A stretch of 64,000 nt of DNA, from assembly GCA_016839705.1 (NCBI GenBank), contig JAEOTR010000057.1:62601-126600 (forward strand), given 5' to 3'. The notes beneath the pieces were generated by a model that searched no databases, was not told the DNA's origin, and was given only the letters and a program-made list of their open reading frames with translations. Shown in pieces: positions 1 to 11,200 of the stretch (position 1 is the first letter of the stretch; each line of letters starts with the position of its first letter). A program made the translations under genes and the position numbers. This DNA is from Promethearchaeota archaeon. Its GTDB lineage: Archaea; Asgardarchaeota; Lokiarchaeia; Sigyniarchaeales; SOKP01.

Positions 1-368
1 CAGCTTGGATCGTCAGCAGAAATTAATACCATCCCTCCTCGCGCTCCCGCATATGCTGCGGTCATAAACGCATCAGATGCAACATTCAAACCAACATGTT
101 TCATACTCGCAAAAGATCGGGCGTTTGACATTGAACCTCCATAAGCTACTTCAAAAGCAACTTTTTCATTAATACTCCATTCTACTTTTAGGTTTGGGTA
201 ATATTTTTGCATTTCAGCTAAAGTGGACAAGATCTCTGATGAGGGCGTTCCGGGATATCCTGCCCCAATTACAACTCCTGCTTCTAATATGCCACGTGCT
301 ATTGCTTCATTCCCAAGTAAGATTATACGCAAGCCTGGTGCATTTTCTACAAATTGTGGAATACTCAT
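1..368 (-). CDS. iorA: Indolepyruvate:ferredoxin oxidoreductase alpha subunit, N-terminal part (runs off the window; not in the ORF track)
   Basis: Manual translation from ATG at 368: [46 protein letters not shown]...[15 protein letters not shown]...[11 protein letters not shown]. Start overlaps the iorB stop (ATGA). Confidence 0.92.
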   Translation of the reverse strand, partial: MSIPQFVENAPGLRIILLGNEAIARGILEAGVVIGAGYPGTPSSEILSTLAEMQKYYPNLKVEWSINEKVAFEVAYGGSMSNARSFASMKHVGLNVASDAFMTAAYAGARGGMVLISADDPS

Positions 369-982
369 TTTATTTCACTTATAATAAATTTACCTTTTTC
401 AATTCCTTTCTTAAAAGCAATCTCATTAATTTTCTGATATTTCTTAGGAATTAGTACCATCATAGATTTTTCTATTGCCTCCCGAGAGATAGGTAATTTT
501 CCTGAGCCCAATAAAACTCCTAGCATTAATACATTTAAAGTACGCGGATTACCCAATTTCAGTGCTTCTTCATGCCCATTAACAAGAAAAATATTTGACG
601 AGATCTGATGCAAAAATTTTTGAATATTCTCAATATTCGGATATTCCATATCCATTGAATGTACTGTTGGGGGTACAATGATTTTATTGTTTATGAAAAT
701 GAAAGTATTAGAATCAGCATAATTAAAATAACGTACAGCTTCACTTGCTTCAAAAGCTAAAACTACTTGGCAATTGCCTTTTGCAATTAAAGGACCTTCA
801 ATCCCACTTCCAAATCGAAGAAAAGAGGCCACAGAACCTCCTCTCTGTGCCATTCCATGAGTCTCTGCTGTTCGGACTTTATAATTATCAAATAACGCAG
901 CCTTTGTGAGAATTTGTATAGCACTAATAACACCTTGACCACCTACACCAACGATCAGAAGGTTAAAGTTTCTAATTTCCAT
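365..982 (-). CDS. iorB: Indolepyruvate oxidoreductase beta subunit
   Basis: [18 protein letters not shown] and NVLMLG motifs; translationally coupled to iorA. Confidence 0.92.
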   Translation of the reverse strand: MEIRNFNLLIVGVGGQGVISAIQILTKAALFDNYKVRTAETHGMAQRGGSVASFLRFGSGIEGPLIAKGNCQVVLAFEASEAVRYFNYADSNTFIFINNKIIVPPTVHSMDMEYPNIENIQKFLHQISSNIFLVNGHEEALKLGNPRTLNVLMLGVLLGSGKLPISREAIEKSMMVLIPKKYQKINEIAFKKGIEKGKFIISEIK

Positions 983-1188
983 GATGCGTTTCTTTGATTG
1001 CTTTATAGAATAAAATATTTTACTATTGCTACTTAATCACTAGTTTTTAATTAACTTATACATGATCATAACTAATGGGAATAATCTCCCATATTTTATT
1101 ATCTGAACTAGCTGATAAATAATAGTTTCCTCTAAACTAAACAAATTTTAAAAATAAAAAAAAGGAAGGTAAGTAAATATCACTTAAT

Positions 1189-1710
1189 TTAACTTATTAT
1201 TTTGCCTAAATCTTTTCTAGTCTGCTTTGTTTTCTTGTTTGTAATGTAAAATCCAATAAAATAGGCAATTAAAACAAGAGCAAATAGGATTATTGTTGAA
1301 AGATAAAACCACCGCCCCAATTGTCCCATGACATCCATAATTATCCATTTAAGTAGCCATACTGCTAATCCACCACCTATAACGAATAAAATGTCAAAAA
1401 ACGCATTAATAAAACTATCACGCCGATTTTCATACTTAACTCCAAGTTTCCACAAGAGTGTATTTTCTATGATTTCCCAGCCAATTCCAACTGCAATAAC
1501 AAATGACATTATCCACCACCAAGGCATAATTGCTGCAGTTATATAAATAAGTTCATAGATTGTAATAATTAACGAAAATATGGCAAAAGCTCCAATCCCA
1601 AATGCAATATGACCCCAACTATAAAAATCCAATGGAGAACGACCTACATAATCCTCAAGAAGTCCTATAAATGGTGCATAACGTTTCTTACCAGATTCTT
1701 CACTTGACAT
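1189..1710 (-). CDS. Integral membrane protein, DUF2585-like
   Basis: About 4 TM helices with the pattern DFYSWGH...WEIIEN...DSFINAFFD. Confidence 0.6.
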   Translation of the reverse strand: MSSEESGKKRYAPFIGLLEDYVGRSPLDFYSWGHIAFGIGAFAIFSLIITIYELIYITAAIMPWWWIMSFVIAVGIGWEIIENTLLWKLGVKYENRRDSFINAFFDILFVIGGGLAVWLLKWIIMDVMGQLGRWFYLSTIILFALVLIAYFIGFYITNKKTKQTRKDLGKIIS

Positions 1711-1928
1711 ACAAAATCCTCTTATTTTTTTGAAAAACTTTTCAAACAGATTTGATAGTATACCAACAGTTCATTAAACTAATAAATTTAAGTGATTTTA
1801 TATTAGGGAAAGTGCTTTCAAAGAAAATTAAATGCTTTAACTGTTTGATTTATATATACTAATTTCTCATTATAAGTTTACAGATCATTTTTTTTGATCA
1901 TATCTATAAAAAAATCGAAGTTAGAAAT

Positions 1929-4900
1929 ATGAAAACCAAAATTACCAGAAGAAAAATATTTGTAATTTTAGCAATTTCCTTATTCTTTTTATTCAACGTT
2001 GCTATGCTATCTAATGGGCTAGCAAGAACTATACAAGAAGATGTTATTTTTAACCTGGATAAAGAAGATCCTTTAGGTCCTGAAGGTTATGGTGTGATAA
2101 TTCCATCTCCTAATACATTAGGAGCTGTAACTATCGATGGTTCAAACCAAGGTAAATTTACAATAATGGATTGGGATGGATCACCTACAGGATTCGAAGA
2201 ATTAGTCAATAATCCTGGTGAAGATATTTCTATACATTATCCAATGCCTTTAGATGATTATATAACAGGAACAGGCAGTTTTACGAATAATGATGAAATT
2301 GATCCATGGTCGGATATTGGTTGGTTAAATATATCTGCCTATAATGCTGAGGCTGAAACTTTATCACCTTTTACAGTGAATACTGTTTTTGATTATTTTG
2401 TAATGGAAGAAGGAGGGTCTTTAACTGCTCCTGTGAATCACGAACATCCAATGCAAATCGATGTCATCGTAAAAAGTAGAGGTCCAAAAACATTGCAATT
2501 TGATTGGTTAATGCTTAATCCTGCCGCTGCTTCGTATAATTATTATTTAATTTCCCCATCAGGGAAGGTCCTAAACCCACATACCTATTTTATCCCAATA
2601 TCTCATACATTGAACCCAGGTACAGAATTATTTAATACTTTTAAATTTACAGCTAGAGAAACAGGTGCATATCGTTTAATCTTTGAGATTTTTCATACAG
2701 CACCTAGTTCTTTGTATTTTGAGTTCTTAACTCCTCAAATATCCTCTTTACCTGTGAATACAGCGAAATTTGCAGGTAATAGTGAAGGAGTATTATCTAT
2801 TGAGGCAGGAAGCTATGCTGATTGGCAAACAACTTGTTTTAAAATTAGCGGAAGTAAAGGAGACTTCTTTGAGGTGGACATTTTTGAAGATTATGCAACC
2901 GGGTTTACACCACTTATAGATATCTGGACACCTTGTGGTAATGGGTATCTTCTCTACATGAGTGTAGGAACAGGAACTCATGAAATCTACTTTCCGACAA
3001 GCGGTGTAGCATATATAACATTTTCTGATATGATTTTTGGTGACTGGTATAGATATTCACTATTTCTAGAAAAATTCGAAACTGTACAATATAACATAGG
3101 AGATCCTTTAACAGAATTTTTGATTTCAGATGATGAATCAAAAGTGATACAATTTTCACTTCCAACCGATGCCATCGTTCGATTTAATTATACTAGTTTA
3201 CCTCCTGGAAATCCACAGGTTTATGCATTTGGTACCCCTAGAGCGTTTATTTTTAGAGATTCAAAAGAACTTGTATGTTATGATATTAATTCGAATATCT
3301 TGACACGAACAGTGGATTCAACCGATTTTTACTGGCATTATATGCCAGCAGGAGTGTATAGAGCTGTAATAAGAAATACAAATCCTACCGCGAATGGGAT
3401 CTTCCAAATTAGTTCAACAGTCTCTGATTGGTCTGACGATACCATTCCTATTAATGCTTTAACTTATCCCTATGATAATCCATCAGAATTTGTAACTATT
3501 GAATTTGAACCAGATAGTGCTTTCGATAGTCTTAAAAATCCAGTAGGTATAGATATTGATATCCCTGATATGAGTCAGGTTAGACTGAATACAACCATGC
3601 GGGTAATAGATAATGACGGGGCAGCAGCAAGTAGCTTTCCCTCCCACCTTTACACATTAAACGACACAGATTTAGTTTATTATACATCTGGTTATCCCTA
3701 TCCTGCTTTCTCAACAGATGGTATGGATAGTGAAGTAAATGATTATTTATATATCGGCGCTCCAACGAGATGGACTGGAATGACATTTAACTTTTCCGTT
3801 CCGGGAGTAGGTGGATCTATTGCTAATCCTCTAGTTTATACGGACCCTGCATGGGGTACAGTTCCACTGGATAACGATGGCTCTAGTGGTTTTACGGCTG
3901 ATGGAATTATTGAATTAGATATATCTGATTCTGATTTTGATGATTGGACTAAAGGAGCTGATGATGATTTAGATCCAAATATAGATGAAAGTGATTATTA
4001 CTGGATGGCAATACGATGTTCTGGAGATTATTCAACCGTACCTATCATACAACAATTAACTCTATTAAACAACACTATTAGAGGAGACTTACTATTCTTA
4101 CTTATTGGAGAAAGTGGATATGAATATGATGATTATTGGGGACCAGCAGGAATAATTCAACCTAGTCATCCATCTAACTTAGAGGTTAGCTTTGATGATG
4201 ATGATGGTGGTCATGATATTGATACAAGAGAATCTTTTATTATTGATAACCCATCTGCAGATCCATGGACAATTGGTCCTGAAGGAGGAACTTATAAATT
4301 GCTCATTATTCCTGAACAATGGGATTATCCTGGTTCAGTTTCTGTTCAGTTTGCTGTCGAAAATTTCTGGGATTATACCCATCTTGGAACTTATGACATC
4401 CAAAATATCCCAAATCTTCATATAACGGATATAACAAACTATACAGATGCTGGATATTCCAATTTAACGGGAACAATTTATGATTACGACCTAACAACAG
4501 AATATAATCATACTGAAATTGAACCCGCCTATGGTGGTGAAAGCTATTTTGCTCTTGAATGCACTGGTGATCCATATCAATGGACACAATTAGTTGTTTA
4601 CGTAGAAGGTGTAACTGCTGATTATGAACTATATTTGATACAAGATCTTCCATGGATTAATGAAAACGGACCAAATTCCGAGATTACCACAATTGATAGC
4701 ACAATAAATTCTAACAGAACTTTTGAATTTGGAGTTTTCTCAGATCATTTTACATTACTGTTTGAAGTTATAACAGTAGCAGAAATGGTTTCATTTAAGA
4801 TAGCACTAAGTCAGTATGATACTTTAGCACTCATAACAAGTGATTTGAGAGCATCTTATACGCCCCCATTGGATCCTGGATTGGTTCTTGCATTAGCAAT

Positions 4901-4988
4901 AGTTATCCCATCGGTAGTAGGTGTTGTAATAATTGTTTACATTCTAAAAAGAAAAGGGAAGATTTTAACAAAACGTCCTGGACCTTAA
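1929..4988 (+). CDS. Large secreted, membrane-anchored cell-surface protein of unknown function
   Basis: Basic-hydrophobic signal peptide; acidic, aromatic, beta-rich body with many N-x-S/T sequons; C-terminal TM helix followed by KRKGK. Confidence 0.8.
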   Translation: MKTKITRRKIFVILAISLFFLFNVAMLSNGLARTIQEDVIFNLDKEDPLGPEGYGVIIPSPNTLGAVTIDGSNQGKFTIMDWDGSPTGFEELVNNPGEDISIHYPMPLDDYITGTGSFTNNDEIDPWSDIGWLNISAYNAEAETLSPFTVNTVFDYFVMEEGGSLTAPVNHEHPMQIDVIVKSRGPKTLQFDWLMLNPAAASYNYYLISPSGKVLNPHTYFIPISHTLNPGTELFNTFKFTARETGAYRLIFEIFHTAPSSLYFEFLTPQISSLPVNTAKFAGNSEGVLSIEAGSYADWQTTCFKISGSKGDFFEVDIFEDYATGFTPLIDIWTPCGNGYLLYMSVGTGTHEIYFPTSGVAYITFSDMIFGDWYRYSLFLEKFETVQYNIGDPLTEFLISDDESKVIQFSLPTDAIVRFNYTSLPPGNPQVYAFGTPRAFIFRDSKELVCYDINSNILTRTVDSTDFYWHYMPAGVYRAVIRNTNPTANGIFQISSTVSDWSDDTIPINALTYPYDNPSEFVTIEFEPDSAFDSLKNPVGIDIDIPDMSQVRLNTTMRVIDNDGAAASSFPSHLYTLNDTDLVYYTSGYPYPAFSTDGMDSEVNDYLYIGAPTRWTGMTFNFSVPGVGGSIANPLVYTDPAWGTVPLDNDGSSGFTADGIIELDISDSDFDDWTKGADDDLDPNIDESDYYWMAIRCSGDYSTVPIIQQLTLLNNTIRGDLLFLLIGESGYEYDDYWGPAGIIQPSHPSNLEVSFDDDDGGHDIDTRESFIIDNPSADPWTIGPEGGTYKLLIIPEQWDYPGSVSVQFAVENFWDYTHLGTYDIQNIPNLHITDITNYTDAGYSNLTGTIYDYDLTTEYNHTEIEPAYGGESYFALECTGDPYQWTQLVVYVEGVTADYELYLIQDLPWINENGPNSEITTIDSTINSNRTFEFGVFSDHFTLLFEVITVAEMVSFKIALSQYDTLALITSDLRASYTPPLDPGLVLALAIVIPSVVGVVIIVYILKRKGKILTKRPGP

Positions 4989-5055
4989 TAATTAATAAAT
5001 TCTTTTTTTTTAATTTTGTTATGAAATTATACCGAGACCTTTAAGAATATTATTT

Positions 5056-7107
5056 TTAGATAATTATTTCTGAATTCAAAAGAGATTTTACATCTGATGA
5101 TGGACCAACAAAAATATCATATTTCATTTTTTCAATTTCCCAATTTTTAGTTTCAGGATTAAAATATGCTAAATTCTTTTTATTGACTGTTAAAGATACA
5201 CGCTTAGTCTCTTTTGGTTCTATCTCCACTTTTTTAAATCCTTTTAATAACTTTCTGGGTCGATCAATTTTCGAATTTTCAAATCCGACATATAATTGTA
5301 TAATTTCCTCACCTATCATATCGCCTATATTTGTTACATCTACTGTAGCAATTATAGAATCATCTGAAAGTTTCACTTTAAGATTTTCATATTTAAACTC
5401 AGTATAACTCAGCCCAAATCCAAAAGGAAAAGCAGGTTGCATTTCTTTCTTATCTAGCAAACTATATCCATGATAATATCCATATTCTATTTCATCAGCG
5501 TCTTTATCAAAGAAGGGAAGGTGAGCAGGATCCTTCGGTATTGTGAAAGGCAACTTTCCACTTGGATTTACTCTACCAAAAATAATATCAGCTAAGGCGT
5601 TTCCTCCTTCCATCCCAGAATACCACGCCATTAATATCGCGGGAACTGAATTCTTCCATTCCTCCATAATAATCGCACTACCACCGATTAATACAACTAT
5701 ACAATTTTGATTTACACTCGATACAGATTTAATCAATTCTACATCGCTGCTTTTTAGACCAAGGTTAACTCTATCTCCTCCGCCCCTCAAAAAATTTTCG
5801 AAATATTCTCCTTCATCTTTATACGTATATCCCACTGCTATAACAACAACATCAACGCTCTGAGCAATTTTTTGGGCAGAATCCAAATTTTTCCCTATTT
5901 CGTATAATACTTTTACCTTATCTCCAAATTGATTTTTAAATCCTTGGAAGGGAGTAATGATATTCGGTTGATTTACATTACTACTCCCCTTGTCACCTGT
6001 ATTCTTTTTATCCGCTAATGAACCTATCACAGCTAAAGATTTCGTTTTTTCTAAATTTAGAGGTAAAAAATTAGATTCATTTTTAAGCAAGGCCATACTT
6101 TTTTCAGCCACTTTTCGAGCCAAATCTATATGTTCCTTACTTGCTATTAAACTAGTATCATATTTTTGAGGATCTTCTCTCGTTGTAAATTTTAAAACAG
6201 TACGAATTATTCTCCTTACCGAATCATCAATTAAGTCTATTGGTATTTGTTTATTCTTTACTTTTATTATTAATTCCTTGCTATAATATTTAGGGCGAGG
6301 CATCTCCACATCTAAACCTCCTTGAATTCCTTCTATGGTTCCTCTTACTCCCTTAAGCCAATCTGAATGGACAAAACCTTCAAATCCCCATTCCTTTTTG
6401 AGTATATCTCGTAATAAATATTTATGATGACTACAAAATTCTCCACGAAATTTGTTATATGCTGTCATTACAGTAGCACAACCCTCTTTAATACAATGTT
6501 TAAAATGAGGTAAATATACTTCGCGTAAGGTCCGCTCATCCATTAGAACATTAACCTTAAACCGTGCATTTTCAATACTATTTGCTGCATAATGCTTCAC
6601 AGTTGCCATAACGTTATGTTTTTGGACTCCTCTTACCAAAGATGAACCCAATTGCCCAATATGAAAAGAATCTTCACCATATGTTTCCTGAGCTCTGCCC
6701 CATGAAGGGTGGCGTAATAAATTAATACATACACCACCAAAAAGATTGCCCCCGTGAGCACGAACCTCAGCTCCAATTACTTCCCCTATTTTCTCTTCTA
6801 AATTGACATCCCAGCTAGCCCCTCTTGCCATAGAAACAGGAAAACAAGTAGACCCAGTTATTTTTACACCACGAGGACCATCTGTAAATAAGAATGGAGG
6901 AATATTTAGTCTTTTAACCCCACCACCAGGATAAGCTCTCACACCAAATTTTCTATCTGTAATAACATTCTTATAGAAATTATGGCCTGTCATTGCGTAA
7001 GCTTTTTCTTCCAATGTCATTTCTTCGAGAGCTTTTTCAACTAACTTATCAATTTCATGAATTGACATCCCTTTTCTAATTTTAAGATCATCTGTTATGT
7101 TGATCAA
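5056..7107 (-). CDS. GH3 beta-glucosidase (BglX-like), cytoplasmic
   Basis: TDGPRGV, WGRAQETYGED, KHY, SDW nucleophile, PSGKLP, PFGFGLSYT and an Fn3-like C-terminus. TTG start. Confidence 0.92.
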   Translation of the reverse strand: MINITDDLKIRKGMSIHEIDKLVEKALEEMTLEEKAYAMTGHNFYKNVITDRKFGVRAYPGGGVKRLNIPPFLFTDGPRGVKITGSTCFPVSMARGASWDVNLEEKIGEVIGAEVRAHGGNLFGGVCINLLRHPSWGRAQETYGEDSFHIGQLGSSLVRGVQKHNVMATVKHYAANSIENARFKVNVLMDERTLREVYLPHFKHCIKEGCATVMTAYNKFRGEFCSHHKYLLRDILKKEWGFEGFVHSDWLKGVRGTIEGIQGGLDVEMPRPKYYSKELIIKVKNKQIPIDLIDDSVRRIIRTVLKFTTREDPQKYDTSLIASKEHIDLARKVAEKSMALLKNESNFLPLNLEKTKSLAVIGSLADKKNTGDKGSSNVNQPNIITPFQGFKNQFGDKVKVLYEIGKNLDSAQKIAQSVDVVVIAVGYTYKDEGEYFENFLRGGGDRVNLGLKSSDVELIKSVSSVNQNCIVVLIGGSAIIMEEWKNSVPAILMAWYSGMEGGNALADIIFGRVNPSGKLPFTIPKDPAHLPFFDKDADEIEYGYYHGYSLLDKKEMQPAFPFGFGLSYTEFKYENLKVKLSDDSIIATVDVTNIGDMIGEEIIQLYVGFENSKIDRPRKLLKGFKKVEIEPKETKRVSLTVNKKNLAYFNPETKNWEIEKMKYDIFVGPSSDVKSLLNSEIII

Positions 7108-7811
7108 CTCATAAGTGTGAACAATAAATAGATCGTATTAAAATTACATCTATACAATCACCAAATATATTTATAAGAAATCCGATATTGTTTTAAAACT
7201 TAGGGTATGCAAAAATATTCAGTCTATTCATAGCTTTACCGTGAATTCGTCGTTATTAAGTTCTTAATAAAATTAAAATAAGATAACACTCAAAACTTTT
7301 AGATCAAAAATTTTTTTAAAAATTCGGGTGTGGTAACTGAAAAAAATTGTCTTTATTCACCTAGATTTGAAGAAAAATTTTTTTCATTCATTAAATTTAT
7401 GGCTTTATTTAGCTTTTATTTCTAAAATAAGGATGTTATTAAGAAATCTCAAATTTTATACCTCAATACTGTATCATACCAATGAAATTTACGGAATAAT
7501 AGAATAGAGCGTTCATGAAATTGACGATAAATACCAAACATTTATTAGGATAGGTAACTAGATAAATAACAGAAAAAAATATTTTTTTTTCTACACCGTA
7601 GTGGAATGTTTTTTTGCCATAATTTATTCCTCCACAATAATTTGACTGAAAATTCATTCCATTACTTTTTTTTTATCTTTTAACTTCACAAATTCAACTT
7701 AAACTAAGTTTAATTTATAATTTAACGTATTTGAATGTATAGATTATTTGTATCAATGGTGAGCGTCTGGAGAAAGTCTAAAGTTAAACATAAATCATTA
7801 CATTTTTGCTT

Positions 7812-9005
7812 TTAACTTATTTCCTTTTTCAATGCTTCTATTAATAAAGGTACAATTTCTTCAAGATCCCCCACTATCCCATAATGAGCAACATTAAAAA
7901 TTGGGGCAGTTCGGTCCTTATTTATAGCTACAATAATTTCGGCACTTTGTATGCCTACTAAATGTTGGATAGCCCCTGATATACCACATGCGATATATAA
8001 TTTTGGAGAAACCGTTTTACCCGTTTGACCTATTTGTCTATTTTGATCTAACCAGCCCAGTTCAACTGTAACACGTGAACCTCCTAATTCTGCTCCTAGT
8101 ACTTCGGCTAATTCTTCTATTATTTTGAAGTTCTGCTTAGATCCCACTCCCCTACCTCCCGCCACAATAATTTCAGCATCTTCAAGGTTTACAGAACTTT
8201 TCTCCCTTTCAATTACCTTCACTATTTTAGTGACTAAATCTTTTTCTTTGAATTTGAAGTCAATTTTTTTTATCTTTGCTTCGTTTTCGCTTTCTAGTTG
8301 GGAAACAAATATTCCTGGTCTAACTGTTGCCATTTGTGGCCTACTATTTGGTGTTCTGATTGTTGCCATGAGAGTCCCCCCAAATGTTGGGCGAGTTTGT
8401 AATAGATTTCTTGTAGTCTGATCAATTTCTAATCCAGTACAATCTGCTGTTAAGCCTGCATTCAATCTCTTTGCAATTCGAGGGGCAAAATCTCTCCCCG
8501 TCGGAGTGGCTCCTATTAGAATAATTTCAGGTTTATTTTTATGAATTAATTCAGTTAAAGCTTGAGCATATAAATCTGAATAAAAATGCTTCAAAACTGG
8601 TGATTTGATATATAATATCTCATCTGGGCCATATCTACTTAACTCTTTTAGATTATCATCAAAATCCGCCCCTAAAATTACAAGCGTCAAATTTACTTCT
8701 AATTCTTTCGCTAAATCTCCTCCTTTTCCTAACAACTGAAATACAACTGGATGGATAATGTTTTTATAGTGTTCAGCAATAACCCAAACTCCTTTAAATT
8801 CTGAAAGATCGAGTTTTTCTACTTCATATTCCTTTCTTTCAATTAAGATAGCGTCAACGGGACAGACATCAAGACAGACACCACAAAAATTACAACTTTC
8901 CGTAATAACTGCTTTATTATCAATAATTTCAATCCCTACAAAGGGACAAGCGTCTGAACAACTCCCACACCCAGTACAAAGATCATCATTGATAAATATG
9001 CTCAT
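7812..9005 (-). CDS. etfA: Electron transfer flavoprotein alpha subunit with N-terminal 2x[4Fe-4S] ferredoxin domain
   Basis: CTGCGSCSDACP and CNFCGVCLDVCP; LTADCT, TRPTFGG, QIGQTGK, GISGAIQH. Confidence 0.95.
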   Translation of the reverse strand: MSIFINDDLCTGCGSCSDACPFVGIEIIDNKAVITESCNFCGVCLDVCPVDAILIERKEYEVEKLDLSEFKGVWVIAEHYKNIIHPVVFQLLGKGGDLAKELEVNLTLVILGADFDDNLKELSRYGPDEILYIKSPVLKHFYSDLYAQALTELIHKNKPEIILIGATPTGRDFAPRIAKRLNAGLTADCTGLEIDQTTRNLLQTRPTFGGTLMATIRTPNSRPQMATVRPGIFVSQLESENEAKIKKIDFKFKEKDLVTKIVKVIEREKSSVNLEDAEIIVAGGRGVGSKQNFKIIEELAEVLGAELGGSRVTVELGWLDQNRQIGQTGKTVSPKLYIACGISGAIQHLVGIQSAEIIVAINKDRTAPIFNVAHYGIVGDLEEIVPLLIEALKKEIS

Positions 9006-9018
9006 TTAAAGCGCTCTC

Positions 9019-9822
9019 CTAAAGTATTTTATCATCCTTCAAACTTTTACATAATTCCTGAACTTTTTCTTCGTTTGTTCCTGTGAAAATAATCTGATCA
9101 ATTTTCCTTTCTGGGACAAATACTTTCCAGACCTCAGTCATAGAACCATGCCTGCCTATTTTACGTTTATCCGGTTTTAGTTCCTCAGCATTTAACACTT
9201 TCACTTCTTTTTTATATGCTCTTACTACTCCAGAGATCGTTGGATTTCTAGGATTATTAATTTCCTTTAAAACCGTAATTAGGGCGGGTATTCTTGATTC
9301 AATGACAACAACCTCATCCGTTCTAAATATTCTCTCAACCAAGATTTTATCTTCTGTTAATCCAAACTTTTGAACATAGGTAATTTGAGGAATATTTAAT
9401 TCTTCAGCTAACTCTGGCCCAACCTGGCCTGTATCCCCGTCAATAGCTTGAGCACCAAGGATAACAAGATATTTCGTTTTATCTTTAGATCCTTTCAATA
9501 GATTTTTTATAGCAAGAGCTAAAGTATAAGAGGTAGCTAATGTGTCCGCCCCTGCAAAGGCTTTATCACTTAATAAAAAAGCACTATCCACACCCATAGC
9601 TAAAGCTTCTCTTAATACTTCCTTTGCTTGGGGTGGCCCCATGCTTATTGCTATAACTTCAGCAGTATGTTTCTCTTTAATTGTTAAAGCTAACTCAATC
9701 GCATTCTTGTCAAAAGGGTTAGTGATAGATGGAATTCCTTCTCTCACTAAAGAATTTGTCTTAGGATCAATTCTTACCTCAGAGACTCCTGGTACTTGCT
9801 TAATACAGACGAAAATCTTCAA
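9019..9822 (-). CDS. etfB: Electron transfer flavoprotein beta subunit
   Basis: CIKQVP, NPFD, GADTLAT, DGDTGQVGP. Confidence 0.95.
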   Translation of the reverse strand: MKIFVCIKQVPGVSEVRIDPKTNSLVREGIPSITNPFDKNAIELALTIKEKHTAEVIAISMGPPQAKEVLREALAMGVDSAFLLSDKAFAGADTLATSYTLALAIKNLLKGSKDKTKYLVILGAQAIDGDTGQVGPELAEELNIPQITYVQKFGLTEDKILVERIFRTDEVVVIESRIPALITVLKEINNPRNPTISGVVRAYKKEVKVLNAEELKPDKRKIGRHGSMTEVWKVFVPERKIDQIIFTGTNEEKVQELCKSLKDDKIL

Positions 9823-9849
9823 AATTATTCACAATTTCACTGGGTGAAC

Positions 9850-11013
9850 TTATAAGATATTAGCTCCCTTTCTTAATAACTGATTGGCTATAACCAACCT
9901 CTGAATTTCACTGGTCCCTTCATAAACCTCTCCCATTTTGGCATCCCTAAAATACCTTTCAACAGCATATGCTTTCATTAAGCCATAACCTCCATGAATT
10001 TGAACGGCACTATGAGCTGCTTTCATTGCTGCTTCAGATGCAACTAATTTAGCCATAGCACTAGCTAATCCATAATCCATTCCATTATCACACATATGTG
10101 CCGCTTTATATGTTAATAATCTTCCAGATTCTACCGCACAAGCCATATCTGAAATTTTCCATTGAATACCTTGAAATCGTCCAATTGGTTGTCCAAATTG
10201 TATTCTTTCATTTGAATATTTAATAGAAGCTTCTAAACAGGCTTGACCTAGACCTACACATTGCGAGGCTATAGAAATTCTACCATAATCTAAAGTTTTC
10301 ATAGCTAACCGAAAACCTTCCCCAATGTTCCCTAAGATATTTTCATAAGGAACTCGAACATCTTGAAAAACAAGTTCAGATGTGTTTGAAGCTCGAACTC
10401 CAAGTTTATCTTCTTTTACACCTACGGAATAACCAGGAGTATTTGTATCAACAATAAAGATTGTTAGTTCTTTTCTTGATCCTTTTTCCCCAGATTTAGC
10501 TACAACAAGTAAAGTTTGGGCAATCCCCCCATTGGTGGCAAAAATTTTGCTTCCATTTAGTATCCATTCATCTCCATCTTTCTCAGCACTCAGTTGAACA
10601 CCTCCTGCATCTGAGCCTGCATTGGCTTCAGTTAAGCAGAATGCCCCTACTTTATTACCTTTAGCTAGGTCTATAAGAAATCTTTGTTTTTGATCTTCAG
10701 TTCCAAATTTATAAATAGGATATGCACATACACTACAATGGACTCCGATAGTAATCCCCCATGAGGCATCAACTCTTCCAATTTCTTCAGTTACTATACA
10801 AAAACTTATTGTATCGTCATGTAAGCCCGCCCCACCATATTCTTCTGGAATACAGGTACCAAAGTAATTCATCTCTTTCATTTTTTGAAAAATTTTATCA
10901 TCTAACTTTGATTTTTGGTCGCTTTCCTCTGCTACAGGTGCTATATATTCTTCAGCAAACTCCCGTGTGATTTTTCTCAACATTTTTTGTTGTTCATTTA
11001 AGGTGAAATCCAT
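9850..11013 (-). CDS. Acyl-CoA dehydrogenase (butyryl-CoA dehydrogenase-like)
   Basis: FCLTEANAGSDA, GSKIFATNG, QIHGGYG, and YEGTSEIQR carrying the catalytic Glu. Confidence 0.93.
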   Translation of the reverse strand: MDFTLNEQQKMLRKITREFAEEYIAPVAEESDQKSKLDDKIFQKMKEMNYFGTCIPEEYGGAGLHDDTISFCIVTEEIGRVDASWGITIGVHCSVCAYPIYKFGTEDQKQRFLIDLAKGNKVGAFCLTEANAGSDAGGVQLSAEKDGDEWILNGSKIFATNGGIAQTLLVVAKSGEKGSRKELTIFIVDTNTPGYSVGVKEDKLGVRASNTSELVFQDVRVPYENILGNIGEGFRLAMKTLDYGRISIASQCVGLGQACLEASIKYSNERIQFGQPIGRFQGIQWKISDMACAVESGRLLTYKAAHMCDNGMDYGLASAMAKLVASEAAMKAAHSAVQIHGGYGLMKAYAVERYFRDAKMGEVYEGTSEIQRLVIANQLLRKGANIL

Positions 11014-11200
11014 TTTACAACAACTATTTGTTTGTTATTTCATAATCTAACTAATGAAAAAATTAGTTATTGATGATAATTATATTTTATCAATCCAAAC
11101 TGGCTAAATAAGAATTTAATTGATATTCTGTATAGGATTTTATTATATTAGTTGTATTTCAAAATTTAAAATTTAAATCTATATTAACCTTACTTTAACT

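Noticed and set aside
194-454. 86-aa plus-strand ORF
   Set aside because: Antisense shadow of iorA/iorB, which carry clear family motifs on the minus strand.
7108-7811. Long intergenic region as a mobile element, or the 64-aa ORF 7463-7657
   Set aside because: No terminal repeats or transposase remnant seen; the ORF has no protein-like features.
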